NCBI GenBank assembly: GCA_003282865.1
Contig: QBYK01000002.1
Coordinates: 14,562-78,561, forward strand
Reading direction: 5' to 3'
DNA length: 64,000 nucleotides
DNA from: SAR116 cluster bacterium AG-325-I21
GTDB lineage: Bacteria > Pseudomonadota > Alphaproteobacteria > Puniceispirillales > Puniceispirillaceae
Every line of letters starts with the position of its first letter. Position 1 is the first letter of the stretch. Shown one piece after another: positions 61,073 to 64,000 of this stretch. A program made the translations under genes and the position numbers. The notes below the pieces were generated by a model. The model was not told the DNA's origin. It worked only from the letters and a program-made list of their open reading frames with translations, and did no database searches.

Positions 61073-62179
61073 TCAGCTTTCGTCACCCCGAGCAAGAATA
61101 ATGGCACCTAGCAGAGCGATCACGGCAGCTGGTGTCCAGGCAGCGACCGACATTGGAACTCTCATGGATGATCCTAGAATTTGCATGAAATAACTGAAGA
61201 TGAAAATGACGATTGAGAGCAAGGCACCACGCAGAAATAGACGTGAGCCATGGCTTCGTGATGTGTAAGTTAAGGTTATGCGAGCGGCTAGCATGGCTAT
61301 CCCCACCATTAATAGAGGTATAGACAACGTTTTATAGAGGTGAAATCGGTATTGGGTTGCTGGGATACCAGCTCGTTCGAGCGAGGAAATGAAACTTGGT
61401 AATAAATAGATTGAGATTGATTGTGGAAGTAGTCCTGATTGGCGTAAATCTAATGCTTCAAGCCCTGTTGGCAGAATTATATTTCCCAAAACTGTTTGCC
61501 TTCCATCTGTGTGCCAGCGTGTGGCTTGGTCTAGCATCCAGCCCTTGTCGGTGAGTTGCATAACATTTGCTCGGTATAGACCCTTCAATTGAATATCGTT
61601 TTCATACAAATAAATGACTGGATTAATAATGCTTGCCATTTCGGCATTCAAGGCATCACCGCGAATGATCAATTTACCACCCTTGATCTTATCACGAAGC
61701 CAAACTCCATCAGCCGAAATAGAAAAGCTTTTATCTGCTTCGCCAAAAATCTCAGCCATTTGCGCTTCATGGCGTGTCGATGTGACTGCGCCAATCGGAT
61801 TTATTACAGTTACGAACAGCATGCCAAAAAGAAATGCTGAAAATAACGCGGGGCCCAGTGCAGCCCAGACTGATTGACCAAACCCACGCACTGCGACAAA
61901 TTCATTGCTTCGGTTCCAGGAAGAAAAGCACAACATCGCCCCAGTCAGCATGGCAAAGGGCAAGATCATTTCAATCACTGCTGGTAAATTAAGCAGGGCC
62001 ATGTTCAAGAAATTAATATTTGGCTTTGTAGTAGTCAGTACACTCACACGGCGAATAAGCTCAACAGTTTGAATAAGACTGATGATGGCTGCAAGACCAA
62101 ATAAGCACAGCGTGATCCAGGCAACAAATCTCATTGCAAAATAGCGGAATAGTGTGCCAAAAGGCGCAAACTGGCTCAT
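61073..62179 (-). CDS. lptG: LPS export ABC transporter permease LptG
   Basis: YjgP/Q architecture (3 TM + periplasmic domain + 3 TM), NEFVAVR..G.S, AAWTP. Confidence 0.85.
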   Translation of the reverse strand: MSQFAPFGTLFRYFAMRFVAWITLCLFGLAAIISLIQTVELIRRVSVLTTTKPNINFLNMALLNLPAVIEMILPFAMLTGAMLCFSSWNRSNEFVAVRGFGQSVWAALGPALFSAFLFGMLFVTVINPIGAVTSTRHEAQMAEIFGEADKSFSISADGVWLRDKIKGGKLIIRGDALNAEMASIINPVIYLYENDIQLKGLYRANVMQLTDKGWMLDQATRWHTDGRQTVLGNIILPTGLEALDLRQSGLLPQSISIYLLPSFISSLERAGIPATQYRFHLYKTLSIPLLMVGIAMLAARITLTYTSRSHGSRLFLRGALLSIVIFIFSYFMQILGSSMRVPMSVAAWTPAAVIALLGAIILARGDES

Positions 62180-63303
62180 GCAATCCCCTTATTCGGAAGT
62201 GATGGCTTTTTTGCTATGTCACCAGGGTGAAGAAACCAAATACTAAGTATGATCGGAATAAGCACGCTAAGATGAAGCAGTGGCCATAGGTTTGCATTAT
62301 TGGTCACGAGGCCGCGTGAAATCACTACCATGATGATCACAAAAACACAGGCTAAAATATTGGTGGTAGCTCTTCGTCCCCATAAATCCCGGCGAATTTG
62401 CCCTCTTAGAATAATGGCTGCTGACAATAATACCAATCCAAGTCCAAGAAAGGGTGAGGCTATTCGGTAGTGCCCTTCGGCATTTCGTTGCAAATAGTAT
62501 TGAGATGACAGCGCCGTTTCTGGTGATAGCAAATTACCGATTGTATCTTCGTTGATATCAATAGTGGCGCGCTTGGTTGGTTGATTTGTGGTCCGAGTGA
62601 TGGTTACGGAATGGGAGTCAAACAACAAAACCGCGCCGCTTTGGCCCTCGGCATTTCTCTCAGATCGTTCCCCATTTTGCAGGACAAGTGTGGGCGTGCC
62701 ATTTCGGTCAATAAATTCTCCAGCTTCCGCTGTTATGGTAATGATACGACTTTGGATACGGGCATCATGGATAAAAATATCTCTCATCACATCATTATTG
62801 TCACGCGCCCCAATGAACATGGTCATGTTATCAACGACTTCAATAAAAACGCTTTCCCTTAGCAAAATTGTGGGAATGCCATTGCGCAATTTGAATTGTA
62901 AATCTTTATATACGCCAAAGGATGTCGGCAACAGATAGACAGAATTGAACACAAGAAATGTGGTTAGCACAACGCCAAGCGCAATTGGCGCCTTGGCCAA
63001 TTGAAGTGGGCTAAGGCCAATGGATTGCATCACGAGCAATTCACGATCTGCCAAAATGCGGGCAAATACCCAATTTACCGCAATAAATCCAGAAATTGGA
63101 ATGGCAATCATTAGCCACAGTGGCATTGAGGCAATCGACATCAGCAGAAAGTCGCCAACCGCGGCGCCTCGATTAACCAAAAGTTCAAGAATACGGATTG
63201 TTTGGAATAGCCAGATGATTCCAACCAGCACTGATGTTAAAGCGAGAGTGGTTTTGAAAAGCTGATTAAAGATATACAGGTTGAACTGCACATTAAACCT
63301 CAT
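62176..63303 (-). CDS. lptF: LPS export ABC transporter permease LptF
   Basis: YjgP/Q architecture, DRELLVMQSIGLS, stop overlaps the lptG start. Start approximate. Confidence 0.85.
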   Translation of the reverse strand: MRFNVQFNLYIFNQLFKTTLALTSVLVGIIWLFQTIRILELLVNRGAAVGDFLLMSIASMPLWLMIAIPISGFIAVNWVFARILADRELLVMQSIGLSPLQLAKAPIALGVVLTTFLVFNSVYLLPTSFGVYKDLQFKLRNGIPTILLRESVFIEVVDNMTMFIGARDNNDVMRDIFIHDARIQSRIITITAEAGEFIDRNGTPTLVLQNGERSERNAEGQSGAVLLFDSHSVTITRTTNQPTKRATIDINEDTIGNLLSPETALSSQYYLQRNAEGHYRIASPFLGLGLVLLSAAIILRGQIRRDLWGRRATTNILACVFVIIMVVISRGLVTNNANLWPLLHLSVLIPIILSIWFLHPGDIAKKPSLPNKGIA

Positions 63304-63438
63304 ATGTATTATGGAACTTGGATAGCACAAACGCATATGCGATGGCAAAACCTATAGCATTACAAATTGGTTGGATTGACAGTCATACGCCGGGTTTGTT
63401 TTAACTAGGGATCCTTTACAATAAAAAAAGAGACAAAC

Positions 63439-64000
63439 ATGCCCGCGAAATTAAAGCTCAGCTTTTCCAAAAATAGCCCAAAAGGCGACGTGACAACCAT
63501 CTGTTTGATTGGTAAAAACGGAAATATTATACCTCATCTTGAAAAGAATATCGCGGCCCATTTGATTAGAACTATGGCGCTAGCCCAATTTACTGGGAAA
63601 TTTGGCAAGAGGCTGATGGTCTACACCGATACCAATAGCTATTTGTTGGTCGGAACTGGTGACAAGCTGGCAACGGGCACTGAAGCCGAAAAACTGGGTG
63701 GTAAGCTTTTTTCGGCGTTGAATGGAACCGCGTCCAAATCGGGTTGGATGCCTGATCATAAATTGTCCCCAACGGTTTTGGCTGATGTCTTATTTGGAGC
63801 AAATCTGGCTTCATATCATTTTGACAGGTATTTCACTAAGAAGGAAAAAGATGATGTCAAGGTTCGCCTTTGTGTTGGCAGCGAAGCGCTCGGTGAAAAT
63901 GTAAGTGTTTATCAAGATCGCCAGGCTCTTGCAAATGGCGTTTTCCTTGCTCGAGACCTTGTTTTTGAGCCGGCTAATAAATTATATCCGGTTGAATTCG
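63439..64000 (+). CDS. pepA: Leucyl aminopeptidase (5' part, runs off the window)
   Basis: Open frame from ATG 63439 to the edge with Y.FDRY and GVFLARDLVFEPANKLYP. Divergent from lptF, as in the conserved locus. Confidence 0.92.
   Translation, partial: MPAKLKLSFSKNSPKGDVTTICLIGKNGNIIPHLEKNIAAHLIRTMALAQFTGKFGKRLMVYTDTNSYLLVGTGDKLATGTEAEKLGGKLFSALNGTASKSGWMPDHKLSPTVLADVLFGANLASYHFDRYFTKKEKDDVKVRLCVGSEALGENVSVYQDRQALANGVFLARDLVFEPANKLYPVEF

Noticed and set aside
178-63904. Many 60-175 aa antisense or alternate-frame ORFs in the track (e.g. 1614-2141, 13476-13964, 22307-22786, 52676-53137)
   Set aside because: They overlap well-supported genes, lack motifs, and are expected shadows of coding sequence.
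1-64000. CRISPR arrays, tandem repeat arrays, IS elements, rRNA
   Set aside because: No regularly spaced repeats, transposase motifs or rRNA-like sequence were seen on reading.

Overview
Core chromosomal segment of an alphaproteobacterium. Gene order and protein sequences suggest a marine Rhodospirillales/SAR116-like lineage (inference, no search run). About 55 intact housekeeping genes are present: NAD salvage (pncB-nadE), gltX-cysS-cimA-trmJ, rpsD, purB-purC-purS-purQ-purL-bolA-grxD, map, apt, sarcosine oxidase soxBDAG, mnmC, mlaE-mlaF-radA-cvpA, rpsF-rpsR-rplI, dnaB-alr, fabD-fabG-acpP-fabF-mltG-gmk, lptF-lptG-surA-pdxA-rsmA and the start of pepA. There is one tRNA-Leu(TAA) with a decayed tyrosine integrase and a small cargo islet at its 3' end. 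No CRISPR array, rRNA or intact mobile element was seen. The strongest unexplained signal is genome erosion in progress: at least seven pseudogenes, mostly hidden or fragmented in the ORF track, sit among perfectly intact core genes. One is purF, reduced to fused N- and C-terminal stubs with the catalytic Cys lost, while purL/Q/S/C/B remain intact. lptD is missing from its usual place between lptG and surA. The best candidate for an uncharacterised system is a translationally coupled MASE1-like membrane protein plus small winged-helix regulator in the tRNA islet, although the membrane gene is itself disrupted here.
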